Position numbers and translations under genes: made by a program. The notes under the pieces are model-generated. The model was not told where the DNA came from, did no database searches, and worked only from the letters and a program-made list of their open reading frames with translations. Shown in pieces: positions 29,950-39,729 of a DNA stretch of 64,000 bases; the first letter of the stretch is position 1; each line of letters begins with the position of its first letter. Source of the stretch: an uncultured SAR86 cluster bacterium (lineage in GTDB: Bacteria > Pseudomonadota > Gammaproteobacteria > Magnimaribacterales > D2472); NCBI GenBank assembly GCA_902595065.1, contig CACJOM010000002.1, positions 60,547-124,546 of the forward strand, written 5' to 3'.

Positions 29950-31198
29950 GGTTTTTCTTGTACATCATTATTAATAACAATGCAGGAATAGACATAGCAG
30001 AAGTAGTATAAAAAAAGTATGCCCAACCACTCTCAAGAGATGACATTGATACATAATAATCAGCTATAACGCCTGAAAAACCACTGAAAAATTTACCTGG
30101 AAGCATCATGAATGATGTCAACATAGCATACTGAACAGCGGTAAATTTTTTCGAAACCAAACTAGTTAAAAAAGCAATATTTATAGTGCCCACTAGGCCT
30201 GCCGCAAAGCTATCCAAACCAACAATTAAAGATAGAAGAGAAATATTTGCCTGGGCAGTTGCAACATAAGCAAAAAATAAATTCGTGAATAAAACGCATA
30301 TACCCCCAAATAGCAGGGCATTAAACAAAGAAATTCTTTTTATTAATAGGCCGCCAATGAAAAAACCAATAACTGACCCAAAAAGAGCAATCGTTTTAAC
30401 AAGGGCTCCTATTTCAGTTTTTGAAAATCCCAAGTCCAAATAGAAAGGCATAGCCATTGGCCCCATAACAATATCAGTAAGCCTATATGTAGAGATTATC
30501 AATAACAGCAGAGCTGCAGACCATAAGCCGAAGCGATTGAAAAAATCTTTAAAAGCTTCAAAAAGAGCTTTATCAAATCTTAAAATAGCAATTTCTTGAT
30601 TATTTGGCTCGTAACATATCAATGCTCCTGCCGATCCTATCAACATAAGAATGCCCATTAATTGATATACATAAGACCAACTATATAAATCAGCAAAAAT
30701 TAATGCCGTCGATGTAGCGACGAGAATTGCAACTCGATATCCTAATTGATAACTAGCCGCTAGATCACCTTGCTCTTTTGCTTCTCCAATCTCAATTCTT
30801 AAAGCATCTACTGCAACATCTTGAATTGAACCAAAAAAAGCTGCAAAAAATGCAAGCAGTGCTAATAATTGAATATTTTGCAGTGGGTCTATAAGACTCA
30901 TTCCAATTAATGATAAAAATATCGCCGATTGGGAAAAAAGGATCCACCCTCTTCTTTTTCCAAAAAATTTGAATCCTGGGATTGAATATCTATCTACAAA
31001 TGGTGCCCATAAAAATTTTAAGGAGTATGTGAGAACTAACCAAGCAAAAAAACCAATTTCAGTTAAAGAAATTCCTACATCTCTTAGCCAGGCTGTAAGA
31101 GTTGAGAAAACAAGCATGTAAGGAAGACCAGAGGCAAAACCAAGCAATAAAATACCTATTAACTTTCTTTTCATAACATTGATTGTAATAAAGTCCAA
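29936..31198 (-). CDS. ampG: muropeptide (anhydro-MurNAc-peptide) permease AmpG
   Basis: MFS protein. LGFASGLPYML...LKFLWAPFVDRY...GKRRGW matches E. coli AmpG closely. The track start is TTG. The internal ATG 24 nt downstream (MKRKLIG...) would give an ATGA overlap with the ampD stop and may be the true start. Confidence 0.85.
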   Translation of the reverse strand: MDFITINVMKRKLIGILLLGFASGLPYMLVFSTLTAWLRDVGISLTEIGFFAWLVLTYSLKFLWAPFVDRYSIPGFKFFGKRRGWILFSQSAIFLSLIGMSLIDPLQNIQLLALLAFFAAFFGSIQDVAVDALRIEIGEAKEQGDLAASYQLGYRVAILVATSTALIFADLYSWSYVYQLMGILMLIGSAGALICYEPNNQEIAILRFDKALFEAFKDFFNRFGLWSAALLLLIISTYRLTDIVMGPMAMPFYLDLGFSKTEIGALVKTIALFGSVIGFFIGGLLIKRISLFNALLFGGICVLFTNLFFAYVATAQANISLLSLIVGLDSFAAGLVGTINIAFLTSLVSKKFTAVQYAMLTSFMMLPGKFFSGFSGVIADYYVSMSSLESGWAYFFYTTSAMSIPALLLIMMYKKNHASN

Positions 31199-31707
31199 TC
31201 GAATAATGGTCCTGGATCTGTTTTTCTACCTGGAGCTATGTCTGCATGACCCACAATATTTTGTTTTTTAATTTTTAAGTCTATGGATAAAAAATTAATC
31301 AATCTTGCTAAAGAGTGATATTGTTCCCTTTCAAACTCCTCGTCATCGCAACCCTCTAACTCAATGCCAATTGAGAAATCGTTACAGTTCTCCTTTCCTT
31401 TATATGAAGAAATGCCGGCATGCCAAGCTCTCTTATGGGTGGGCACAAACTGAATTAATGCTCCCTTGCGTGTAATTAAAAAATGAGAAGAAACTTTGAG
31501 ATTCTTAATCGATTCTAAAAACTCATCTTTGCGTGGATCTAGGCAGTTTAAAAATAAATCTTTAATTAATTGAGTATTGTAAAAACCTACTGGAAGGCTA
31601 ATAGAATGTATGACAATCAAATCAACTATTGCATTATATGGTCTTTCATCAAAATTCGGAGATGGGCAAAATTCTGCAACATCAATAATGCCATCTTGAG
31701 AGATCAT
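31171..31707 (-). CDS. ampD: 1,6-anhydro-N-acetylmuramyl-L-alanine amidase AmpD
   Basis: 178-aa ORF in the amidase_2 family. IVIHSISLP, RAWHAG and GHADIAPGRKTDPG motifs are present. Confidence 0.85.
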   Translation of the reverse strand: MISQDGIIDVAEFCPSPNFDERPYNAIVDLIVIHSISLPVGFYNTQLIKDLFLNCLDPRKDEFLESIKNLKVSSHFLITRKGALIQFVPTHKRAWHAGISSYKGKENCNDFSIGIELEGCDDEEFEREQYHSLARLINFLSIDLKIKKQNIVGHADIAPGRKTDPGPLFDWTLLQSML

Positions 31708-31776
31708 ATTTTTCCTCTAGACATATAGACAGTGTAATGGATGATATTTAAGACATAAAATTTTTTTACTTTTGGA

Positions 31777-32718
31777 TCAGCGTAATTCAGGAGGCAGTCT
31801 AAAATATATATTTTCTTTATTCTCCCCTAACTCTTTGGCAACTGTATTTAATTCAAGGCTAATTGCTTGTACAACACTCTGAACAATTGATTCTGGTGCA
31901 GACGCTCCGGCTGTTATACCAATACTGCTATATTTAGATAAAGATTTTAAATCAAGCTCCTCGGGACCATCTATCAATACAGAAGTAGCTCCACACTTTT
32001 CAGCCAACTCTTTTAGACGGTTTGAGTTAGAGCTATTTCTTGAGCCTATAACAACAATAAACTCACTCTCTAAAGCAAGTTGTTTAACAGCATCCTGTCT
32101 ATTTTGAGTTGCGTAGCAAATATCATCGCTTTTTGGTTTTAGAATTTTAGGAAACTGCTCATATAAGATCTTAACTATGGCAATAGTATCATCAAGGCTA
32201 AGAGTCGTTTGTGTTACGTATGCAAGATTTTCAGGCTGCGAGACGATTAATGATCCAGCTTCTGCTTCATCTTGAACAAGATAAATTTTGCTATTTGACT
32301 TGATGGGATTATGCCTTCCTAGCGTTCCTTCTACTTCAGGGTGCCCTTCATGACCAATTAAAATAATATCTCTGCCGGCCCTGACATGTCGCTGAACCTC
32401 ACTATGAACCTTGGTTACTAGAGGACACGTAGCATCGAAAGAGACCAAGTTAAATTCTTCAGCTTCTTTCTCAACCTTCTCAGATACTCCATGAGCACTA
32501 AAAATAACATGAGATGATTGAGGGACCTCGCTGAGTTCATCTACAAATATTACGCCTTTTGACTTTAATTCATCTACTACAGTCTTATTGTGCACAACTT
32601 CATGGCGAACATAGATTGGTGGTCCAAATTTTTTTAAAGCTTGATTGACTATATCAATAGCTCGATCTACTCCAGCGCAAAATCCTCTTGGATTTGCCAA
32701 TAAAACTTTGGTCTTCAT
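31777..32718 (-). CDS. ispH: 4-hydroxy-3-methylbut-2-enyl diphosphate reductase
   Basis: 313-aa ORF. ANPRGFCAGVDRAI, HEVVHN and the ATCPLVTKVH Cys ligands are present. Confidence 0.95.
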   Translation of the reverse strand: MKTKVLLANPRGFCAGVDRAIDIVNQALKKFGPPIYVRHEVVHNKTVVDELKSKGVIFVDELSEVPQSSHVIFSAHGVSEKVEKEAEEFNLVSFDATCPLVTKVHSEVQRHVRAGRDIILIGHEGHPEVEGTLGRHNPIKSNSKIYLVQDEAEAGSLIVSQPENLAYVTQTTLSLDDTIAIVKILYEQFPKILKPKSDDICYATQNRQDAVKQLALESEFIVVIGSRNSSNSNRLKELAEKCGATSVLIDGPEELDLKSLSKYSSIGITAGASAPESIVQSVVQAISLELNTVAKELGENKENIYFRLPPELR

Positions 32719-33215
32719 TGTGATCTATTTTGAAGAAATTTTTTAAACTCCGTCAAGAAGAATAAAGCAGCACCAATTGAAATAAAAGCATCGGCAAAAT
32801 TAAAAATAAAAAATGAAGTATTGCCAACATGAAAAAATAAAAAATCAGTTACCACTCCATCTGGCAATCTATCAAGAATATTTCCAAGCGCTCCAGCAAT
32901 AATCAATATCAAAGAAAGACGATATATAGATGACTCTTCTGTTTTGTATAGTGAGTGAAGATAAGCAACTATTACTAATCCAAAGAGAGATAAACCAAAA
33001 CTAAACGCATTATTATTAAAATCAAAAATACTAAAAGCTATCCCTGAATTGAATACTAGCAATAGATCTAATATTGGTATCAGCGGGATTGCCTCTCCAA
33101 AGACTAAGTTTTCTTCTGCAACAAATTTTGACACTAAATCAATTGCAATTAAAAACAATATAACAAGATAGCCTTGTTTTATACTAAGCAAATCTTCTGT
33201 CCTCTCCTGGGCCAT
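32715..33215 (-). CDS. lspA: lipoprotein signal peptidase II
   Basis: 166-aa ORF with 4 TM spans. NSGIAFS and FNFADAFISIG catalytic Asp regions are present. It overlaps ileS by 32 nt and ispH by 4 nt. Confidence 0.85.
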   Translation of the reverse strand: MAQERTEDLLSIKQGYLVILFLIAIDLVSKFVAEENLVFGEAIPLIPILDLLLVFNSGIAFSIFDFNNNAFSFGLSLFGLVIVAYLHSLYKTEESSIYRLSLILIIAGALGNILDRLPDGVVTDFLFFHVGNTSFFIFNFADAFISIGAALFFLTEFKKFLQNRSQ

Positions 33216-35955
33216 CTAAGTTTTCTACACACCTATTACATAATTCTGGATGCTTGCCATTGGAGCCAACAGATTCATTTCTATGCCAACATCTCACGCA
33301 TTTCTCTGCAGTTGATTTGGACACAGATATTTTGAAAGAGTCTCCTTGTAGAATATTGCACTCTGAAACAATAAAAAAGAAATGCATTTCTGAAGCAAAT
33401 TTATTCACCAAGTTAAAATCATCAGAATCAAGAATTAGCTCAATTGATGCATCCAATGAACCCTTTATAATTCCAGCAGCTCTAGACTCTTCAATGTTTT
33501 GATTGACCTCTTCTTTGACCTCCAACATTCTCTTCCAGTCTTCATTTGAAAGATCGCTCTTAGAACTTTCTAAATCTTTTAAGGTTGCCAAAAATACTGA
33601 GTCTGCCTCTGCCAAAAGAAAATCATTGCCTTGCCAAATCTCCTCAGCTGTAAAAGATAAAACAGGTGAGATTAATACAACAAGCTGATTGACAATTAAT
33701 TGCATTGCAGTTTGAGCTGATCGTCTTATCTCAGAATCTTGCTGAGTGGTATATTGCCTATCTTTGATAATATCTAGATAAATGCCGCCTAATTGATTGA
33801 CACAGAAATTATGTATTCTCTGAATAACTTGGTGATATGAATATGCTTTATAAAATTCCTTTACATCCTCTTGCAAAAGAGCGAGTTCATACAAAACCCA
33901 TTTATCAAGCTCAAGTAAATTATTTAGTTCAATTGAATCCTTTTTTGCATCAAAATCATTAATATTACCCAATAAAAATCTAAAGGTGTTTCGGATTCTT
34001 CTGTATTGATCTGAAACCCTCTTAAATATCTCATCAGAAGCAACCATTTCACTTCTAAAATCAGTTGAGGCAATCCAAAGTCTTAAAATATCAGCGCCCA
34101 ATGTATCCCAAATTTTTTGAGGTGCAATAGTGTTGCCTAAAGATTTAGATTGTTTTCTGCCTTCATCGTCAACTACGAATCCATGAGTGAGAACTGAGTG
34201 ATAAGGAGCCATGCCATTTGTTGCAATGCCAGTCAGCAAGGACGATTGAAACCATCCCCTATGCTGATCTGATCCCTCTAGATAAAGATCAGCAACCACA
34301 TCTGCACCATACAACTTATCTAAAACACACATGTGAGTTACGCCTGAATCAAACCAAACATCCAAGGTGTCATAAACCTTAGAATAGGACTCAGCATCAT
34401 CAATCAAGGAATCAAGACTTAAATTATCCCAGCCCTCAATACCCTCGTTCTCAATAATATCTGCAATTTGATTAAAAAGCAGATTCTGCTTAGGATGAAT
34501 TTCACCCGTTTCATTATGAATAATTAGGGTAATTGGAACGCCCCAACTTCTTTGTCTCGAAATACACCAATCAGGGCGATCTTCGAGCATTGAAAGAATG
34601 CGTTCCTCTCCCCAGCTGGGCTCCCAATTTACATCTTTAACTGCATTAACTGCTCCATCACTAAGGCCAGATTTATTCATTGAGATAAACCATTGTGGGG
34701 TTGACATAAAAATAACTGGTGACTTATGCCTCCAACAATGTGGATAAGAATGATTGTATTGTTGATGAGCAAGCAATGAATTGTTGTCCTGCAGTAATTC
34801 AATAACAATTGGATCTCCTTTCTTAGTGCTTAAGCCGCTTAATGGTCCGTACTCTTCTTTAAAAATGCCACGATTATCCAAAGCTTTTACAGATTCAAGA
34901 CCATTTTTTATACAAATAAAGTAATCATCCAGCCCGTGCGCTGGAGCAGTATGCACACAACCAGTCCCACTCTCAGTGGTGACATGGTCTCCGTGCAATA
35001 GCCTTGATTCCCTTTCATATATAGGATGAGCCATGACGATCTCAGTAATTTCTTTTCCTAAAACTGATCCAAGAATCTCTAGCTCCATGCCCCATCTATC
35101 AGAGCATGCATCCAATAGTTCTTTTGCAATAATAAAATGATCCTTATCGCCTCTAGCAAAAATATACTCAATTTCTTCATGGATACAAACAGCAACATTT
35201 GATGGGATAGTCCATGGAGTTGTCGTCCAAATTACGAAATATGCTTCTTCAACTTTATCAACTTGAAATGTTGAGCAAAGCGACTCAATAGATTTGGGCA
35301 ACACTTTAAACTTCACATCGATAGAGTGAGATTGCTTATCCAGATACTCTACTTCAGCCTCGGCTAACGCTGATCTGCAATCCATGCAAAAATGGACAGG
35401 TTTTTCTCCTTGCTCAAGATGTCCATTAGCAATGATTCTTCCTAAAGCACGAACAGTGTCTGCTTCAAAACTTTTATTTAATGATAGATATGGATTCTCC
35501 CAATCACCCAATACTCCCAATCGAATAAAATCATTTCTTTGATTATCAACCTGAGATTGAGCATATTCTCTGCAAGCTTTAATAAATGATTTTTTATCTC
35601 TAACAAGATCGCTTCCCTTTCCATGTTTTTTTTCAACGTTTAGTTCAATTGGCAAGCCATGACAATCCCAACCAGGAACATATGGCGCATCTTTTCCAAT
35701 CATGCTTTGAAATTTTATTGTGATATCTTTAAGGGTTTTATTAACCGCGTGACCTAAATGAATGTCTCCATTGGCATAAGGAGGTCCATCATGGAGAATA
35801 AACTTTTCCTTATGAGCATTTTGCTCTCTAATTTTTTGATAGAGGCTAATAGAGTTCCAAAATTCCAATATTTCTGGCTCTTTTCTGGGCAAACCAGCTT
35901 TCATTGATAAATCAGTTTCAGGGAGATTTAAAGTATCCCGATATTCTTTGCTCAT
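33184..35955 (-). CDS. ileS: isoleucine--tRNA ligase
   Basis: 923-aa ORF. HLGHA (HIGH), KQSKS (KMSKS) and a C-terminal Zn finger (CVRCWHR...CNRC) are present. Confidence 0.97.
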   Translation of the reverse strand: MSKEYRDTLNLPETDLSMKAGLPRKEPEILEFWNSISLYQKIREQNAHKEKFILHDGPPYANGDIHLGHAVNKTLKDITIKFQSMIGKDAPYVPGWDCHGLPIELNVEKKHGKGSDLVRDKKSFIKACREYAQSQVDNQRNDFIRLGVLGDWENPYLSLNKSFEADTVRALGRIIANGHLEQGEKPVHFCMDCRSALAEAEVEYLDKQSHSIDVKFKVLPKSIESLCSTFQVDKVEEAYFVIWTTTPWTIPSNVAVCIHEEIEYIFARGDKDHFIIAKELLDACSDRWGMELEILGSVLGKEITEIVMAHPIYERESRLLHGDHVTTESGTGCVHTAPAHGLDDYFICIKNGLESVKALDNRGIFKEEYGPLSGLSTKKGDPIVIELLQDNNSLLAHQQYNHSYPHCWRHKSPVIFMSTPQWFISMNKSGLSDGAVNAVKDVNWEPSWGEERILSMLEDRPDWCISRQRSWGVPITLIIHNETGEIHPKQNLLFNQIADIIENEGIEGWDNLSLDSLIDDAESYSKVYDTLDVWFDSGVTHMCVLDKLYGADVVADLYLEGSDQHRGWFQSSLLTGIATNGMAPYHSVLTHGFVVDDEGRKQSKSLGNTIAPQKIWDTLGADILRLWIASTDFRSEMVASDEIFKRVSDQYRRIRNTFRFLLGNINDFDAKKDSIELNNLLELDKWVLYELALLQEDVKEFYKAYSYHQVIQRIHNFCVNQLGGIYLDIIKDRQYTTQQDSEIRRSAQTAMQLIVNQLVVLISPVLSFTAEEIWQGNDFLLAEADSVFLATLKDLESSKSDLSNEDWKRMLEVKEEVNQNIEESRAAGIIKGSLDASIELILDSDDFNLVNKFASEMHFFFIVSECNILQGDSFKISVSKSTAEKCVRCWHRNESVGSNGKHPELCNRCVENLDGPGEDRRFA

Positions 35956-35961
35956 AGAGAA

Positions 35962-36906
35962 TTATTCCAGTATTTCTTTAGCTTGAGATATGTCTTGAAG
36001 AATTTGTTCTTTTAATAGGTTAATGTTATCAAATTTCTTCTCATCACGAAGTTTATTTTTGAATTCTACAGTCAATCTTTGACCATATATAGACTCACTG
36101 AAATTAAATATATGTATTTCTAGAACAGGCTTAGATCCGTCTACTGTGGGTCTAATGCCCATATTTGCAATTCCATTGAAAGACTCTCCCGCCAACGAAC
36201 ACTTGACTGCATAAACACCAGCTATAGGAAGTCTTTGTTTTGGTATCCATAGATTTGCTGTTGGGACTCCAATAGTTCTACCCAATTGTTTTCCATAAAC
36301 CACTTTTCCTGAAAACGTATAGGGTCGCCCTAGTAATTGTGCTGCCAACTCAAACTTGCTCTGTAAAAGGGCCTCTCTTATTCTTGTAGAGCTTATTCTT
36401 AAACCATCTCTTGAGACTGTTTTATTGGCAATTACTTCTGTTCCGTTGCTCTTGCCCCAATCTTTTAATAGCTGAAAGTCGCCAGCCCGCTCAGCTCCAA
36501 ATCTAAAATCATCACCAATGATTAAATGTTTTAAGTTAAGTTGGGCTAGAACATCATCAAGAAAACTCTGTGGAGTCATTGTTTTAAGAGATTTATTAAA
36601 TTGAAGAAAAAATGCAAAGTCTATTCCAAAATTTTTTAGCAACTTTACTTTTTCTCTCCAAGGGCAAATTCTCGGAGGTGCTGAAGAATTTTCATCTTTA
36701 GCTGCAAAATACTCAGATGCATGCGGCTCTGTAAAAAATACTAAAGACGCACTTGAGCTCTCTCTCGCCTTATCTTTTACCTGATTAAGAATTGCTTGAT
36801 GCCCAAGATGCAAACCATCAAAATTCCCAATGGTTCCACTCATCGACTGATTTGGAAACTTCCTGTTGAAAGTTTCTATGTTTCCTATTCCTCTAATTAA
36901 GTACAT
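35962..36906 (-). CDS. ribF: bifunctional riboflavin kinase / FMN adenylyltransferase
   Basis: 314-aa ORF. GNFDGLHLGHQ, PTANL and a C-terminal kinase domain are present. Confidence 0.9.
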   Translation of the reverse strand: MYLIRGIGNIETFNRKFPNQSMSGTIGNFDGLHLGHQAILNQVKDKARESSSASLVFFTEPHASEYFAAKDENSSAPPRICPWREKVKLLKNFGIDFAFFLQFNKSLKTMTPQSFLDDVLAQLNLKHLIIGDDFRFGAERAGDFQLLKDWGKSNGTEVIANKTVSRDGLRISSTRIREALLQSKFELAAQLLGRPYTFSGKVVYGKQLGRTIGVPTANLWIPKQRLPIAGVYAVKCSLAGESFNGIANMGIRPTVDGSKPVLEIHIFNFSESIYGQRLTVEFKNKLRDEKKFDNINLLKEQILQDISQAKEILE

Positions 36907-38453
36907 TATTTAAAATCAGCTGGCCTAACGCCTAAAATAAAACTCGCTCCAAAATAAATTATTAATGAGCCAATGACGGCAGCAACTAGATGCAAAAGCC
37001 TTTGAGCTTGACTAAATAATTCAAAATCAAAATATTGATTAAAAATTGATAAAAATGATATCAAAGCAACACTAGCTATTAACACTTTTAAAGAGAAGGC
37101 GCTAAAAATTCCAGAAAAAGAAATTAACCCATCTCTTTTAAGAATAAAACTTAAAATTATTACGCTTACTATCGCAGAAATAGAACTGGCAATTGCTAAA
37201 CCAAGATGCCCTAAACCAAAATAGAATGCTAATAGGTAGTTCAGACATATATTTATCAATAAACTTAAAAATGCTATTAACATAGGAGTTTTGGTATTTT
37301 GTCTTGAAAAAAATGCTGGAACCAATACTTTCATGGCCATAAAAAAGGGTAGCCCAAATGAGAAACCTATTAAACTCAAGCTGGCTTGCTGCACGTCACT
37401 CCACAAAAAAGCTCCTCTTTGAAAAATAGTAGCCAACAATGGGGATGCAAATAAAGCCAATCCAATTAACGAAGGGATAGCTAGAAAAAAAACTAACTTA
37501 AACGCATGCTCGAGCTGTTCAGTATAAGCTTGAATTTCTTTTTGAGCATAAGCCTTTGAAAGGCTAGGCAAAAGAACAGTTCCAATAGCAATGGCAAATA
37601 TTCCCATTGGGAATTGTATTAATCTATCTGAAACATATAGCCAGGTTGGGCTACCTGTAATTAACAAAGATGCAAAAATAGTATCAATTAGTAAATTTAT
37701 TTGAGCTATGCCTCCCGCAACAATAGCTGGAAGAATAAGAATAAAAAATTTTTTAACTCCGGGGTTCTGAAAATCAATTTTTGGTACAGGGATTTTTTTT
37801 ATCGTTGCTAAAGGCGCAATCTGAAAAAGTAATTGAAGAAATCCTGCTAGAAGCACTCCCCAAGCAAGAGCCATAACTGGTATATCTATTTTTGGAGCAA
37901 CTAGCCATGCTGAACCAATTAAACTCAAATTGAAAATTAAGGGAGTTATTGCTGGAATAGAAAATTTATTATGAGAATTTTGAATGCCAGCTGCAAAAGC
38001 AACAAGAGAAATTAGTGCAAGATAGGGAAACATAATTCTTAGAAGACTGACAGCTAAATCCTGTTTTTGTATATCAAAATAAAAGCCTGGAGCAAATATC
38101 AAAATAAATATTGGTGCAAACAGTAAAGCTAAGGCTGTAAATATAAAGAGCGCTGAGAGCAAAATACCAAATAAAGCATTTAGAAAATCTTGACTGCCCT
38201 TGTCATCTTTGCTGCCTAAATACTCAGAGTATATTGGGATAAAAGCTTGGCTAAATGCCCCTTCAGCAAAGAACTTTCTGAAAACATTTGGAATTTTAAG
38301 TACAACCACAAAAATATCATGAAAAATACTTGCCCCAAGCAGATTGGTTGTAAAGATGTCTCTAATTAAACCGGCCACTCTTGAGATTAAGGTCCAACCA
38401 CCCACTTTAATGGTTGAGAAAAAGTTTAAATGGGAAGCAGTTTTGTTGGTCAC
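36906..38453 (-). CDS. murJ: lipid II flippase MurJ
   Basis: 515-aa ORF with about 14 TM spans. The N-terminal SR..GLIRD and FFAEGAFSQAFIP motifs are present. Confidence 0.9.
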   Translation of the reverse strand: MTNKTASHLNFFSTIKVGGWTLISRVAGLIRDIFTTNLLGASIFHDIFVVVLKIPNVFRKFFAEGAFSQAFIPIYSEYLGSKDDKGSQDFLNALFGILLSALFIFTALALLFAPIFILIFAPGFYFDIQKQDLAVSLLRIMFPYLALISLVAFAAGIQNSHNKFSIPAITPLIFNLSLIGSAWLVAPKIDIPVMALAWGVLLAGFLQLLFQIAPLATIKKIPVPKIDFQNPGVKKFFILILPAIVAGGIAQINLLIDTIFASLLITGSPTWLYVSDRLIQFPMGIFAIAIGTVLLPSLSKAYAQKEIQAYTEQLEHAFKLVFFLAIPSLIGLALFASPLLATIFQRGAFLWSDVQQASLSLIGFSFGLPFFMAMKVLVPAFFSRQNTKTPMLIAFLSLLINICLNYLLAFYFGLGHLGLAIASSISAIVSVIILSFILKRDGLISFSGIFSAFSLKVLIASVALISFLSIFNQYFDFELFSQAQRLLHLVAAVIGSLIIYFGASFILGVRPADFK

Positions 38454-38459
38454 TTAATA

Positions 38460-38852
38460 TTAAGGTGTTTCTTTTTCAAAATCTAATGCGGCTGAATTGA
38501 CACAATACCTCAAACCAGTGGGGTGCGGACCATCTGTAAAAACATGCCCAAGGTGCGCATCACACTTTGAACATCTAATCTCTGTCCTGACTCTTGAAAG
38601 AGAATAATCCTCTAATTCATTGATATTATTGTTATCTGCAGCTTTATAAAAACTGGGCCATCCACAGCCTGCATCAAATTTTGTTTCAGATTTAAAAAGC
38701 GTCTCACCACAGCAAATACAAGTGTAAATCCCGTCCTCAACATGATCCCAATACTGACCAGTGAAAGGTCGCTCTGTCCCACTTTCTTGAGTTACATAAT
38801 AAGACTCGGGTGAAAGTTCTTTTAGCAGCTGTTCTTTTGATTTGCTAGACAT
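38460..38852 (-). CDS. msrB: peptide-methionine (R)-S-oxide reductase
   Basis: 130-aa ORF with two CxxC zinc pairs (CICCGE, CSKCDAHLGHVF) and the catalytic RYCVNS. Confidence 0.9.
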   Translation of the reverse strand: MSSKSKEQLLKELSPESYYVTQESGTERPFTGQYWDHVEDGIYTCICCGETLFKSETKFDAGCGWPSFYKAADNNNINELEDYSLSRVRTEIRCSKCDAHLGHVFTDGPHPTGLRYCVNSAALDFEKETP

Positions 38853-38908
38853 ATGTGTAAATAGAATTTCTTTTGCTATAAGTATAATCCATACAAGCGT
38901 TTTCTAAA

Positions 38909-39631
38909 CTATGATTTAACTTCCCAATTTCTTACCCAGTAAATAAACAAGGTATCTATTAGCGCTATCAAAACCTTAATAACATATTTTGCCATGGAGA
39001 TAGCAAAAGCTTGGGTGAATGTTAAATCTGTGGCAAGAACCCAGGTAAATTGATATATCAGGGTATCTATTAGTTGGGATGCCATGGTAGAAAGATTATT
39101 TCTAAGCCATAGCTTTTTTCCATTTGTTAAGTTTTTTAAGTAATGAAAAAACCATACATCAAATCTTTGACTAACAAGGTATGCCGTTAAAGAGCCAATA
39201 ATAAAAATAGGTGAATAAAATGCTAAAACTGAAATAGCCTCGTGGACCTCTGCAGCTGATCCAGTTAGGTCAGAGGGTAGAAACTTTGTACTAAGCACCA
39301 AGGTCAGCATTACTGCTATGTTTGCAACAAATCCGAGCATGACAGCTCGATTGGCCTCATCTTTACCAAATTTCTCATTTAAAAGATCGGTAGCAAAGTA
39401 AATGCCAGAGTACAGAATTGCGCCCATGCTAACATTGAACTGCATTCCAAATAGAGTTAATTCACTAACTTTTCCACCTTGAAGGTTACCAAGAACTATT
39501 CCCAAGATTACGGCACAATACAAACCATACTTACCAAAAAATCTATATAAAAAAATTGCTAGCGATAAGTCGTAAAAAACAACCAATAACCATAAAGTTT
39601 CTTGATTTAAATTGCTAAAGAGGCTGTCCAT
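38909..39631 (-). CDS. yhhQ: queuosine-precursor transporter, YhhQ/VUT family
   Basis: 240-aa multi-pass membrane ORF. Overall similarity to YhhQ is judged from memory (conserved YxxTDLLNE-like FATDLLNEKFG and the ASQLIDT region). Confidence 0.7.
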   Translation of the reverse strand: MDSLFSNLNQETLWLLVVFYDLSLAIFLYRFFGKYGLYCAVILGIVLGNLQGGKVSELTLFGMQFNVSMGAILYSGIYFATDLLNEKFGKDEANRAVMLGFVANIAVMLTLVLSTKFLPSDLTGSAAEVHEAISVLAFYSPIFIIGSLTAYLVSQRFDVWFFHYLKNLTNGKKLWLRNNLSTMASQLIDTLIYQFTWVLATDLTFTQAFAISMAKYVIKVLIALIDTLFIYWVRNWEVKS

Positions 39632-39729
39632 TTGGGAATCATTATTACATATAAATTTACATAATTAGGTTACATTCATGGATTACAAAGTTAGAATTAT
39701 TAATTGAATAAATATACAAAGATAGTCAA

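Noticed and set aside
39632-39729. Looked for a preQ1 riboswitch upstream of yhhQ
   Set aside because: There is no short P1 hairpin followed by the conserved A-rich CUA tail. The 98-nt spacer is plain AT-rich divergent-promoter sequence.
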